DNA of 63,150 bases, taken from assembly GCA_038062875.1 (NCBI GenBank), contig JBBTWF010000008.1:1-63150 (forward strand), written 5' to 3'. This DNA is from Patescibacteria group bacterium (GTDB lineage: Bacteria > Patescibacteriota > Minisyncoccia > UBA6257 > UBA9933). The position numbers and the translations under genes are program-made. Positions 54,499 to 62,763 of this stretch are shown here, one piece after another. The notes below the pieces were generated by a model. That model ran no database searches and had not been told where the DNA came from. It worked only from the letters and a program-made list of their open reading frames with translations. The first letter of the stretch is position 1. Each line of letters starts with the position of its first letter.

Positions 54499-55857
54499 AT
54501 GGAAAAAGTTTTAAGATTTTTTGAAAAATACTTTATCTCCAAATCGCTCTATCGTTTGGGCCAACCTATTTATCATTTTTTGATGGCGTTTTTTGCCGTT
54601 TTAATTTACGGTTTTCCGTCAAAAAAAATGATCGTTATAGGCGTTACCGGAACTAAAGGTAAAAGCACAACCTGTTATTTAATCGCCCAAATTTTAGAAG
54701 CTGCTGGTTTTAAAACTGGAATGGCGACTACGGTTCTTTTTAAAATCGGCGAGAAAGAATGGATTAACGATTCTAAGCAGACAATGCTCGGAAGATTTCA
54801 GCTTCAGAAATTATTAAAAGAAATGGTTAATGCGGGCTGTCTTTATGCGGTAATTGAAACATCTTCAGAGGGCATTCTTCAATATCGGCATCGTTTTATT
54901 GATTATGATATTGTTGTTTTCACTAATTTGTCTCCAGAACACATTGAACGGCATGGCAGTTTTGAAAATTATCAAAGCGCAAAAATAAGATTATTTGAGA
55001 AAGTCGCTCAAAAATCGGACGGCGTAGGCGTTTATAATCTGGACGACGAGAATGTTAAATTCTTTTTAGAACCTAAAATCAGCCAACAACATCTTTACGC
55101 TTTAAAATTTAAAAAAATGACAGGCGGGATTCAGAATCTTTATAAAATCACTGATATAAAATCCAAAAAACGCGGCACAAGTTTTTTGTTTAATAACGAA
55201 AAATTTGGAATGTCTTTAATCGGCGAGTTCAACATTTATAACGCGGCCGGCGCGATTTGCGTTGCTTTATCGCAAGGTATTTCAATGGAAAAAATTAAAA
55301 CTGCTCTGTCCCAGGTCAAAGCGCCTCCGGGGAGATTTGAGGTTGTGGATAAGGGGCAGGATTTTACGGTGATTATTGATTACGCCCATGAGCCGGCGAG
55401 TTTGGAGGCGGTTTATAAAGCAGCCGGAAAATTAAAAACTTCCGCCATAGGCGGATCCGCCAAAGGCGGAAAAAATTCAAAACTGATTTGTCTATTGGGG
55501 GGGCAGGGTGGCGGAAGGGATAAATGGAAAAGGCCTAAAATGGGAGAAATTGCGTTAAAGTATTGCGATAAAATTATTTTGACGAATGAAGACCCATATG
55601 ACGAAAACCCGCTTCAAATTATAAATGATATTGAAAGCGGATTACTAAAAATCAAAAATATTTACAAAATAATTAATAGAAAAGAAGCTATTAGAAGGGC
55701 TCTTTCTTTGGCGAAAAAAGGCGACATAGTGATTTTAACCGGTAAAGGTGGCGAGGTCTGGATGTGCGTGAAAAACGAAAAGAAAATCCCGTGGGACGAG
55801 CGGAAAATCGTTGAGGAAATATTAAATGAGAATAAAAAAAGAGGGGATTTGGAATGA
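54499..55857 (+). CDS. Mur ligase family protein (MurE-like UDP-MurNAc-peptide ligase)
   Basis: P-loop GVTGTKGKST and DYAHEP. The central and C-terminal Mur ligase domains are present. The amino-acid specificity is not determinable from sequence. Confidence 0.75.
   Translation: MEKVLRFFEKYFISKSLYRLGQPIYHFLMAFFAVLIYGFPSKKMIVIGVTGTKGKSTTCYLIAQILEAAGFKTGMATTVLFKIGEKEWINDSKQTMLGRFQLQKLLKEMVNAGCLYAVIETSSEGILQYRHRFIDYDIVVFTNLSPEHIERHGSFENYQSAKIRLFEKVAQKSDGVGVYNLDDENVKFFLEPKISQQHLYALKFKKMTGGIQNLYKITDIKSKKRGTSFLFNNEKFGMSLIGEFNIYNAAGAICVALSQGISMEKIKTALSQVKAPPGRFEVVDKGQDFTVIIDYAHEPASLEAVYKAAGKLKTSAIGGSAKGGKNSKLICLLGGQGGGRDKWKRPKMGEIALKYCDKIILTNEDPYDENPLQIINDIESGLLKIKNIYKIINRKEAIRRALSLAKKGDIVILTGKGGEVWMCVKNEKKIPWDERKIVEEILNENKKRGDLE
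55441..55470. repeat. Two tandem GC-rich mini-hairpins TCCGCC-NNN-GGCGGA inside the Mur ligase gene
   Basis: TCCGCCATAGGCGGA followed by TCCGCCAAAGGCGGA, translated as SAIGGSAKGG. Confidence 0.9.
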
Positions 55858-55869
55858 ATAAATTATTCG

Positions 55870-56103
55870 TTATCCCCTCGTTTCGTTTTGCTTCAAGCGA
55901 CATCGTATGTGGATCGCGGCGCGCCAAGTAATAAGTTCAAATTCCGTCAATGTTTCGTTCGCGCCTATTTCTTCGTGTAGGTTTTCGTCGCAATTACCGC
56001 ATTTCGTCGCGCCGTGGCTTGGGTTACTACAACCACAACGTCTACATATATACCCCATGCCTTCCGAGGTAAATATGAGAGGTTTTTCTTTTGTTTTCGG
56101 CAT
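55870..56103 (-). CDS. Small zinc-ribbon protein (77 aa)
   Basis: GAGGAGG SD before the ATG at 56103. CRRC...CGNC. Third gene of a small operon. Confidence 0.6.
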   Translation of the reverse strand: MPKTKEKPLIFTSEGMGYICRRCGCSNPSHGATKCGNCDENLHEEIGANETLTEFELITWRAAIHIRCRLKQNETRG

Positions 56104-56114
56104 AGAGTACCTCC

Positions 56115-56276
56115 TCAAAACAATTTTATCAGCCATTTCCATGGCGTATGCCAAAATGGCATATATGGAATGTTTTCGCCATTAGCGACGGTTAAGAACG
56201 AAACCGCGCCGATAGACAAATAGATAACCGCTAAAAACATAACAACATTAGCTACCTCTTTCATTTTTTCTATCAT
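56115..56276 (-). CDS. Small single-TM protein (53 aa; below the ORF-track cutoff)
   Basis: AAGGAGGAG SD. My translation gives MIEKMKEVANVVMFLAVIYLSIGAVSFLTVANGENIPYMPFWHTPWKWLIKLF. Confidence 0.55.
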   Translation of the reverse strand: MIEKMKEVANVVMFLAVIYLSIGAVSFLTVANGENIPYMPFWHTPWKWLIKLF

Positions 56277-56296
56277 TTCTCCTCCTTTTAGATTTA

Positions 56297-56497
56297 TTAA
56301 CGTGCAACATCCGTAATGCCAAATTTTTGTTCCAATTCTTCAATTTCCTTCGCCGAATATTCTTTAGATAATAATTTTTTATTCAAGAAAATATTGGGGC
56401 TCCCTCCACATTTAATACATCTATTATTGTGCTTAAGAACTTTAATATGATTTTTACTGCCTTCTTTGTATTTCCTTCCGCAATTAATACAAGTCAT
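56297..56497 (-). CDS. Small zinc-ribbon protein (66 aa)
   Basis: CINC...CIKC. GGAGGGGG SD-like sequence upstream. First gene of the small operon. Confidence 0.6.
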   Translation of the reverse strand: MTCINCGRKYKEGSKNHIKVLKHNNRCIKCGGSPNIFLNKKLLSKEYSAKEIEELEQKFGITDVAR

Positions 56498-56608
56498 ACC
56501 CCCTCCTTATTTATAAGTTAATATAGATTCAGTTATTTTAATAGTACTAAAAATAATATAGCATATTTATTTAATAAAGTCAATACCTGATTTTTAAGTT
56601 TTAAAATG

Positions 56609-56617
56609 TGATATAAT
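56609..56617 (+). promoter_or_regulatory. Extended -10 promoter element (TGATATAAT) for the beta-CASP gene
   Basis: A perfect TGnTATAAT 16 nt upstream of the ATG at 56634, in an AT-rich divergent intergenic region. Confidence 0.5.
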
Positions 56618-56633
56618 ACTTTAAAATATACTT

Positions 56634-58049
56634 ATGAAACTTACTTTTTACGGCGGTGCTAAAATGGTGACCGGCGCCAACTACTTGCTGCAAACTACAA
56701 ACGACAAACGACAAACAACGAGAATTTTGATTGATTGCGGGTTATTCCAGGGAAGCAATTATTACGAGCGGTTGAATTTTGAACCGTTTCCTTTTGACCC
56801 GAAACAAATTAACGCGGTTTTAATTACTCACGCCCACATTGACCATATCGGCCGTTTGCCAAAACTTTACAAAGACGGATTTCGCGGAAAAATATTCTCA
56901 ACCAAACCGACGAAAGAATTTGCTGAATACCTTTTAATTGATTCAATGGATATTTTAAATAAAGAAGCTGGCAAGAAAAATCTCTCGTCTATTTATAATA
57001 TTGACGATATCCAGGGAGCGATGAATTTGTGGGAAGGGATAGAATATCATCAGAAAATTAAAATCCCGCCAGCTGGCAGAGGTGGACTAGGGGCGGAATT
57101 TTTTGACGCAGGCCACATTCTCGGTTCGGCTTTTATAAGGGTTTCCGGGGAAGGCAAATCCGTTGTTTTCTCAGGCGATTTGGGGAATGTTGCCGCTCCG
57201 TTGGTTAAAGACACCGAAAATTTACCAGAGGCGGATTATGTTTTAATTGAATCAACTTACGGCAATCGGATTCACGAAGACGTAAAGCAACGGAAAGATA
57301 TTCTTGAAGACACAATTGAAGAGACATTCAAAGCTGGCGGCACTTTGATAATACCGTCTTTTGCTTTGGAAAGGTCTCAAGACCTTCTTTATGAATTGAA
57401 TAATTTAATTGAAAACGGGAAAATACCGAGAATGCCGATTTTTATCGACAGCCCGTTGGCGATTCGGCTGACTGAGGTTTACAAAAAATATTCCCAGAAT
57501 CCGGAATATCTTGACGACGAAGCCATAAAATTGGCGAAGTCTGGAGATTTGGTTTTTGATTTTCCCGGCTTGAAATTCACTTTAACAACCCAGCAATCAA
57601 AAGAGATTAATAATGTCGTTGGTCCGAAAGTGATTATCGCCGGAGCCGGGATGTCGCAAGGGGGCAGAATTTTACATCACGAATTCCGCTATCTCTCCGA
57701 TCCCAAGAGCGCTATTTTATTTATCGGTTATCAGGGGATAGGAACGCTTGGAAGAAAAATTATGGACGGCGCTAGAGCTATTAAAAAAGGGTTGAGTTCG
57801 GGTTTTTCCGTAAAAATATTCGGAGAAGAAATTCCGGCGCGCTGTCGCGTTAAGGCGATTGGAGGATATTCGGCTCACGCCGACCAAACGAAACTTTTAG
57901 AGTGGCTGGAGCCGATGCGCGCTAAAATTAAAAAGGTTTTTATAGTCCAGGGCGAAGGCGATCAAATGGTGCCATTCGCTCAAAAAATCAGAGATGAATT
58001 CGCGATAGAGGCGATAATCCCTTCAACAAATGACGAGGTTATGCTATAA
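56634..58049 (+). CDS. Metallo-beta-lactamase / beta-CASP family RNA-metabolising nuclease (RNase J/CPSF-like)
   Basis: HAHIDHIG (HxHxDH), beta-CASP motifs and a C-terminal His. It contains a heptamer tract and a PPAGR palindrome copy. Confidence 0.88.
   Translation: MKLTFYGGAKMVTGANYLLQTTNDKRQTTRILIDCGLFQGSNYYERLNFEPFPFDPKQINAVLITHAHIDHIGRLPKLYKDGFRGKIFSTKPTKEFAEYLLIDSMDILNKEAGKKNLSSIYNIDDIQGAMNLWEGIEYHQKIKIPPAGRGGLGAEFFDAGHILGSAFIRVSGEGKSVVFSGDLGNVAAPLVKDTENLPEADYVLIESTYGNRIHEDVKQRKDILEDTIEETFKAGGTLIIPSFALERSQDLLYELNNLIENGKIPRMPIFIDSPLAIRLTEVYKKYSQNPEYLDDEAIKLAKSGDLVFDFPGLKFTLTTQQSKEINNVVGPKVIIAGAGMSQGGRILHHEFRYLSDPKSAILFIGYQGIGTLGRKIMDGARAIKKGLSSGFSVKIFGEEIPARCRVKAIGGYSAHADQTKLLEWLEPMRAKIKKVFIVQGEGDQMVPFAQKIRDEFAIEAIIPSTNDEVML
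56691..56720. repeat. Heptanucleotide tandem repeat (CAAACGA-type, about 4 units) in the beta-CASP gene
   Basis: CAAACTACAAACGACAAACGACAAACAACG, translated as QTTNDKRQTT. Confidence 0.9.
57066..57079. repeat. CCGCCAGCTGGCAG, a one-mismatch copy of the CCGCCAGCTGGCGG palindrome, in frame (PPAGR)
   Basis: Read directly from the sequence. Confidence 0.85.
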
Positions 58050-58060
58050 TTTATAAAATT

Positions 58061-58636
58061 ATGGATAAAGATATTTGCCATACAAGTTTTAAATATAAAA
58101 TTTGCGTTTCGGGCGCTGCTGAAACCGGCCATTGCGGTCCGGGCGCCGATAAATTGGCCGAAGAATTAGGTAGAGAAATCGTTCGGCATAACGCGGTTTT
58201 GGTTGACGGCGCCACCACAGGTTTTCCTCTTTGGGCCGCAAAAGGCGCCAAAGAAGAAGGAGGCATCGTTATCGGTCTTTCGCCGGCATCTACCGAAAAA
58301 GAGCATATTCAAGATTATAAATTGCCATTCGATTATCACGATTTAATTATTTACACCGGCTTTAATTATACAGGAAGAAATTTGCTTTTGACTAGAACCT
58401 CGGACGCGGTGATTGTTGGTTGTGGCAGAATGGGGACCTTAAACGAATTCACCATTGCTTTTGAAGATAACAAGCCCATCGGCGTTTTAGAGGGGTCTTG
58501 GGAAACAGACGATATGATTAAGGAGATAATAGCCGAGTCGCATCGCGGTTCGGGTAAATTAGTATATTCTTCAAATCCAAAAGAATTGGTGGAAAAAGTC
58601 ATAGAGTTAATTAAAAAAGATAAAAATAATTCGTAA
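58061..58636 (+). CDS. TIGR00725-like / LOG (SLOG) Rossmann-fold family protein
   Basis: KICVSGAAETGHCG...GGATTG...TGFNYTGRN...VGCGRMGTLNE resembles LOG/TIGR00725 proteins. The call rests on motifs only. Confidence 0.55.
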   Translation: MDKDICHTSFKYKICVSGAAETGHCGPGADKLAEELGREIVRHNAVLVDGATTGFPLWAAKGAKEEGGIVIGLSPASTEKEHIQDYKLPFDYHDLIIYTGFNYTGRNLLLTRTSDAVIVGCGRMGTLNEFTIAFEDNKPIGVLEGSWETDDMIKEIIAESHRGSGKLVYSSNPKELVEKVIELIKKDKNNS

Positions 58637-58643
58637 TGAATAA

Positions 58644-58720
58644 ATCCCGCACCTTTTGGCGGAACATTAAACTTTGTTAAAAAGATTATATCCGTTAAGT
58701 TGTTCAAAAAGGTGCGGGAT
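58644..58720. repeat. 77-nt rod-like hairpin with a perfect 14-bp outer stem
   Basis: ATCCCGCACCTTTT (58644-58657) pairs with AAAAGGTGCGGGAT (58707-58720). An inner GAACA/TGTTC stem is also present. The arm motif CCCGCACCTTT is shared with the 43467-43596 element. Confidence 0.85.
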
Positions 58721-58754
58721 AAAGGTCGCTAAATATTTAATCTTTTCAAAGATT

Positions 58755-59012
58755 ATGGCTAAAGAACAAAAACCAATCGGCGTAGTCACTCATTACTTCG
58801 GCCATATCGGAGTGGCGATCGTAAAATTCAACAAAGAAATTAAAGTTGGAGAAACTATTCAGCTTAAAGGCGCTCACACCGATTTCATACAGAAGATTGA
58901 TTCAATGCAATACGACCATAAAGAAATTGAAAAAGCGAAGAAGGGGCAGGAAGTCGGGATTAAAGTGAGTGAGAAAATTAGAGAAGGAGATGAAGCGTTT
59001 GAAATCGCCTAA
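58755..59012 (+). CDS. Small beta-barrel protein resembling elongation-factor domain 2 (translation elongation factor-like)
   Basis: 85 aa. GVVTHYFGHIGVAIVKF...VGETIQLKG...GQEVGIKV has an EF-Tu-domain-2-like pattern. I placed the start at the ATG at 58755. Confidence 0.5.
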   Translation: MAKEQKPIGVVTHYFGHIGVAIVKFNKEIKVGETIQLKGAHTDFIQKIDSMQYDHKEIEKAKKGQEVGIKVSEKIREGDEAFEIA

Positions 59013-59033
59013 AATTTTTTAGGATAGTTTTAT

Positions 59034-60164
59034 ATGTTTAGAAATATAATTCTGCCATCGAGTTTGCTGGCAGGGACAATTATTGGCGCGGGGATTTTCG
59101 CCTTGCCTTTTCTTTTTAATAAAGCCGGAATTTTAACCGGCTTATTTTATTTGACGGCCGGCGGCGCGATTTTTACTTTGATCCATTTAATTTACGCTGA
59201 CATCATCGTCCGCACCAAAGAAAATCATCGTTTTGCCGGCTATGCGAAAATTTATTTCGGTTCATTTGGAGAATGGTCGGCAATTTTAATAACTCTTGTC
59301 GGAATGGTTTTTACTCTCACCGTTTATCTGGTTTTGTCAACGAGTTTTTTAAATTTTGTTTTATCGGGAATCGTTTTGCCCGATATTTTCAAGATTCTAA
59401 TTTTTTGGTTTTTGGGTTCAGCGGCTATTTTTATGGGCATTAATCGGTTGGCGGTTTCCGAATTTTTAATCACCGTTGGCATCGCGGCGATTATTCTGCT
59501 GATTTTTATTTATGATTTAGCCGGCCATAAAACAATCTCCGCGCCTCTTTTTGATTTTAATAATTTTCTTTTGCCTTACGGCGCGGTGATTTTCTCTTTC
59601 GCCGGACGTGTCGCTGTCCCGGCCGTGCTCGGTTATTTCAGAAAAAACAATCAGCCGGCCGCGAAAGCGAAAATGCCGATTATTCTCGGGAGTTTAGCGC
59701 CGATTCCAATTTATCTGCTTTTTGTTTTTGGTATTCTCGGTCTTTCAGGAACGGTTTCCGAGGATTCAATTTCCGGTTTGGTCGGCAATTTGCCGCCATT
59801 GATTATGATGTTATTAGGGATTCTCGGCATCGCTTCTTTGTGGAGTTCTTACATTGTGATAGGCAGAGACATTAAAAAAAGTTTGGAGCATGACTTTAGA
59901 TTGTCTTCGCTCTGGGCGGGATTGTTGGTGGTTATCGTTCCTCTTCTGTTTTACTTTTTGGGTTTTCAAAATTTTCTAAAATTAGTGGGGTTGGTAGGAG
60001 GGGTCTTTATCGGGCTAGAGGGAATTTTGGTTATTTTAATGTGGTTAAAGGCCCGTAAAACGAGCGTTTTAGGAGAAGAGGTGATTATTAAGAAATTAAA
60101 TCCGGTAATCGTTTTTATTTTACTCGCGGTATTTATCGGCGGAGCGGTTTATGCTATTCTATAA
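59034..60164 (+). CDS. Amino-acid permease-like transporter (about 11 TM)
   Basis: N-terminal GTIIGAGIFALP motif and polytopic topology. The substrate is unknown. Confidence 0.6.
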   Translation: MFRNIILPSSLLAGTIIGAGIFALPFLFNKAGILTGLFYLTAGGAIFTLIHLIYADIIVRTKENHRFAGYAKIYFGSFGEWSAILITLVGMVFTLTVYLVLSTSFLNFVLSGIVLPDIFKILIFWFLGSAAIFMGINRLAVSEFLITVGIAAIILLIFIYDLAGHKTISAPLFDFNNFLLPYGAVIFSFAGRVAVPAVLGYFRKNNQPAAKAKMPIILGSLAPIPIYLLFVFGILGLSGTVSEDSISGLVGNLPPLIMMLLGILGIASLWSSYIVIGRDIKKSLEHDFRLSSLWAGLLVVIVPLLFYFLGFQNFLKLVGLVGGVFIGLEGILVILMWLKARKTSVLGEEVIIKKLNPVIVFILLAVFIGGAVYAIL

Positions 60165-60172
60165 GATAGAAC

Positions 60173-60685
60173 ATGGGAAAGAATATTTCCAAAATAGAAA
60201 AATTTGAATCGTTTGAGCCAAGAACGGAAAAACATGAAATGCCGAAAGGCAAGCTCGGTTTAGTTTTGTGCAAGGAATGTAACGCCGCTTATTACAAAAA
60301 ATCCTGGCATCACAATCTCCGACATTTTAAAGAACTCCGTGAGGATTTGCGGGTAAGTTTTGTTGTTTGTCCGGCTTGTAATATGATAAAAAACAAACAA
60401 TTTGAAGGTCAAATTGAGATTATTAATATCCCGTTAAAAATTTCCGAAGAACTGATTAATTTAATAAAATCGTTTTGCCGCCGCGCTTACGAGCGCGACC
60501 CAATGGACCGATTAATTGGAATAAAAAATACAAAAGGAGGATTAGAAGCGACTACAACCGAGAACCAGTTAGCGGTAAAATTAGCTAAAAAAATAAAGCA
60601 AACTTTTAAAAAAGTTGATATGAAAATTTCTTATTCTCCAACTCCGAGCGATGTGGTGTATGTTAAGTTAGAGTTTAGCCACTAG
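60173..60685 (+). CDS. Zinc-ribbon protein, possibly NMD3-like
   Basis: CKEC...CPAC followed by an alpha/beta domain. The C-terminal SH and the stop come from the TAGCCAC element. The family assignment is tentative. Confidence 0.4.
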   Translation: MGKNISKIEKFESFEPRTEKHEMPKGKLGLVLCKECNAAYYKKSWHHNLRHFKELREDLRVSFVVCPACNMIKNKQFEGQIEIINIPLKISEELINLIKSFCRRAYERDPMDRLIGIKNTKGGLEATTTENQLAVKLAKKIKQTFKKVDMKISYSPTPSDVVYVKLEFSH

Positions 60686-60693
60686 CCACTAGT
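60675..60693. repeat. Second copy of the 19-nt TTAGCCACTAGCCACTAGT six-frame stop element
   Basis: Identical to 52258-52276. It contains the TAG stop of the upstream gene (60683-60685) and ends 2 nt before tRNA-Arg. Confidence 0.95.
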
Positions 60694-60695
60694 AC

Positions 60696-60767
60696 GTCCC
60701 CATAGCTCAACGGATAGAGCGTAGCCCTCCGAAGGCTGAGGTCGAGGTTCAATTCCTCGTAGGGACA
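60696..60767 (+). tRNA. tRNA-Arg (anticodon CCG), CCA not encoded
   Basis: Acceptor GTCCCCA/TAGGGAC (one C-A mismatch), D arm GCTC-AACGGATA-GAGC, anticodon stem TAGCC/GGCTG with loop CTCCGAA, T arm CGAGG-TTCAATT-CCTCG. Confidence 0.85.
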
Positions 60768-60777
60768 CAATAAGTGT

Positions 60778-60805
60778 GGGGGTGAAATTCCTGTCGAGGG
60801 CACCA
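60778..60805 (+). other. Degenerate copy of a tRNA 3-prime end (T-arm/acceptor/CCA-like) 11 nt after tRNA-Arg
   Basis: GGGGGTGAAATTCCTGTCGAGGGCACCA compared with the tRNA's GAGGTTCAATTCCTCGTAGGGACA. It cannot fold as a T arm. Confidence 0.5.
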
Positions 60806-60846
60806 CGAAGGAAATTGCAAGTTTGAAAGGTTCGCCTCGCTTCGCT

Positions 60847-60865
60847 CTGCCTTGCCGGCAGGCAG
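60847..60865. repeat. Copy of the GCCTGCCGGCAGGC palindrome family
   Basis: CTGCCTTGCCGGCAGGCAG, intergenic. Confidence 0.85.
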
Positions 60866-60925
60866 GTCGGCGACTAATTCGTATTAGATTTTCGGGGTAA
60901 AAACGAATTCACGATTTCGCAAAAT

Positions 60926-61212
60926 ATGGTTCGAGCCGGTGTTTTTCGGAGATATGGTTGGGAAAATAATATACCGGCGATATTTGATAATTTACATAAA
61001 TTACGCAAAGGTAATAAAATATATATTGAAGATAGAAAAGGGTCGAATACTATTTTCGTTGTGCGCGAAATTCAGATATATAGCAAGAACGAGGACGCTT
61101 CTGGCGTGTTTGGTCCAAGCTACACCTTAATCTCATCGCTTGCGCAGGAGTTTGGAACAAGGTGAAGAAAACTCGTTCCGATAGACTCATAGTATTTACT
61201 GATAAAGAATAA
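60926..61212 (+). pseudogene. 5-prime-truncated, frameshifted sortase-like gene remnant
   Basis: Frame 1 reads IFDNLHKLRKGNKIYIEDRKGSNTIFVVREIQIY (sortase beta-barrel pattern). After a frameshift it reads KLHLNLIACAGVW...RLIVFTDKE (TLxTC-like Cys region). No upstream His region is present. Confidence 0.55.
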
Positions 61213-61239
61213 TTGGCAGAATGAAGTAATATTAAAGGT

Positions 61240-62112
61240 ATGAACAAAAAATTTATTACATTGTTCATCGCATTCTTTGTAATTGTTTCGGGCAGCGCTT
61301 TTTTATTTAAAGATGATATATCAAATCTTTATTCGAAATTATTATTAAGGTTGCCAAAAATCGAAAAGGGATTTAATGATCTAGTTGTCCAAGAAATTAA
61401 AAAACAGGTATTTACTCCTCCGCCGCTTAGATCTGACAGTCAAGAAGAGCAGTCTTTTTTAACACGCCTTGGGGTCATAAAGTTCACAAATATTGAAAGG
61501 GTCAAAGCCGGTCTATCCCCATTAAAAGAGAACGCGGGATTGGATATCAGTTCTAGTATAAAAGCAAAAGACCTGTTAGATAAACAATATTTTGCCCACG
61601 AGTCTCCCTCTGGTATCGGGGTTGCGGATTTAGCAGAAAGAGCAGGTTACGGGTTTATTTTAATCGGAGAGAATTTAGCATTGGGGAACTTTAAAGATGA
61701 TCAGGCTCTGGTTCAGGCTTGGATGGATAGTCCCGGACATCGAGCGAATATATTGAATACAAAATATAAAGACATCGGAGTAAGCGTTATAAAAGGAATG
61801 TTTGAGGGGAGGACTACTTGGTTTGCTGTTCAGCATTTTGGTTTTTCTTCCTCTGCTTGCCCTGAACCCAGTCAGAGCCTCAAAAACCAGATTAGTATAG
61901 AGAGAAATCAAGCGCAAGAGTTTCAAGTAATTTTAGATTCCTTAAGGATCGAGATCGAAAGTTCGGGCTTTAAGAGGAGAGATTATAATCAAAAAGTTCA
62001 GCAGTATAATGATTTGGTTTCGCAATACAACAATCTTAACGTAGAGATCGAAATTTTGTTAGACCAATATAATAATCAAGTTTTGGTTTTTAATAATTGC
62101 GCTGGGTTGTAA
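61240..62112 (+). CDS. CAP/SCP (PR-1-like, YkwD-type) domain protein with an N-terminal anchor and a C-terminal coiled-coil
   Basis: GENLALGNF...WMDSPGHRANIL...YKDIGV is the CAP signature. Confidence 0.85.
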   Translation: MNKKFITLFIAFFVIVSGSAFLFKDDISNLYSKLLLRLPKIEKGFNDLVVQEIKKQVFTPPPLRSDSQEEQSFLTRLGVIKFTNIERVKAGLSPLKENAGLDISSSIKAKDLLDKQYFAHESPSGIGVADLAERAGYGFILIGENLALGNFKDDQALVQAWMDSPGHRANILNTKYKDIGVSVIKGMFEGRTTWFAVQHFGFSSSACPEPSQSLKNQISIERNQAQEFQVILDSLRIEIESSGFKRRDYNQKVQQYNDLVSQYNNLNVEIEILLDQYNNQVLVFNNCAGL

Positions 62113-62207
62113 TATAAAATTCTATTATTAGTTGTAGAAGAAGCGGTTTCTTAATATATAATAAAAATGAAAGGTCGAATATCTTTAATTAACTAATACA
62201 AAAAACT

Positions 62208-62735
62208 ATGCAAAAAATTAAAAATTACTCGTTGTTTATAATTTCTTTAGTATTAGCACTAATGTTTTGTTTTCCAGTCGCCTTTGCCAAGGTACAAAAT
62301 ACTAAACAAGTTAATGGCGTTGAACATCAGAGCGCAGTGTCAACATTTGTTCAGACCCTTTTAAATGTAGCCGATGAAGAACAGAAAGGAATAGGTGAAC
62401 AGGTGAGGGTAGTTGCCCAGTTACAGAATGAAACCAAAGACAAGATGGCTGATGGAATAGATAAAATCCAGAATAGAAGCAAGATAAAGACATTCTTAAT
62501 TGGGACGGACTATAAAAACATTGGTCAGTTGCGTAGCGAGATGGTGAAAACCGGAAACCAGATTGACTGGTTGAAAAGATTGATAGATAAAGCAACGAGT
62601 GAAGAAAGCAAAACAACTCTTCAGGGACAAGTTCAAGCATTAGAACAGGAGCAGCAAAAGATCGAAGATTTCTTTAAGGCCAACGAGAGTAAATTCAGCC
62701 TATTTGGTTGGTTTGTAAAATTATTCAATAAATAA
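62208..62735 (+). CDS. Secreted coiled-coil protein, unknown function
   Basis: Signal peptide (FPVAFA), then a helical Q/E/K-rich sequence. Confidence 0.65.
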   Translation: MQKIKNYSLFIISLVLALMFCFPVAFAKVQNTKQVNGVEHQSAVSTFVQTLLNVADEEQKGIGEQVRVVAQLQNETKDKMADGIDKIQNRSKIKTFLIGTDYKNIGQLRSEMVKTGNQIDWLKRLIDKATSEESKTTLQGQVQALEQEQQKIEDFFKANESKFSLFGWFVKLFNK

Positions 62736-62763
62736 ATTAAATTAATAATAGGAAAAATTATTT

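Noticed and set aside
55907-56223. Plus-strand ORFs 55907-56185 and 56014-56223
   Set aside because: They are antisense to the SD-led zinc-ribbon and miniprotein genes and have no RBS or motifs.
58674-58754. N-terminal extension of ORF 58674-59012
   Set aside because: The extension is translated through the 58644-58720 hairpin. The conserved-looking beta-barrel sequence begins at the ATG at 58755.
60926-61165. ORFs 60926-61165 and 60939-61130 as intact genes
   Set aside because: The sortase-like similarity continues in another frame after about 61110 and lacks the N-terminal half, so I treated the region as a pseudogene remnant.
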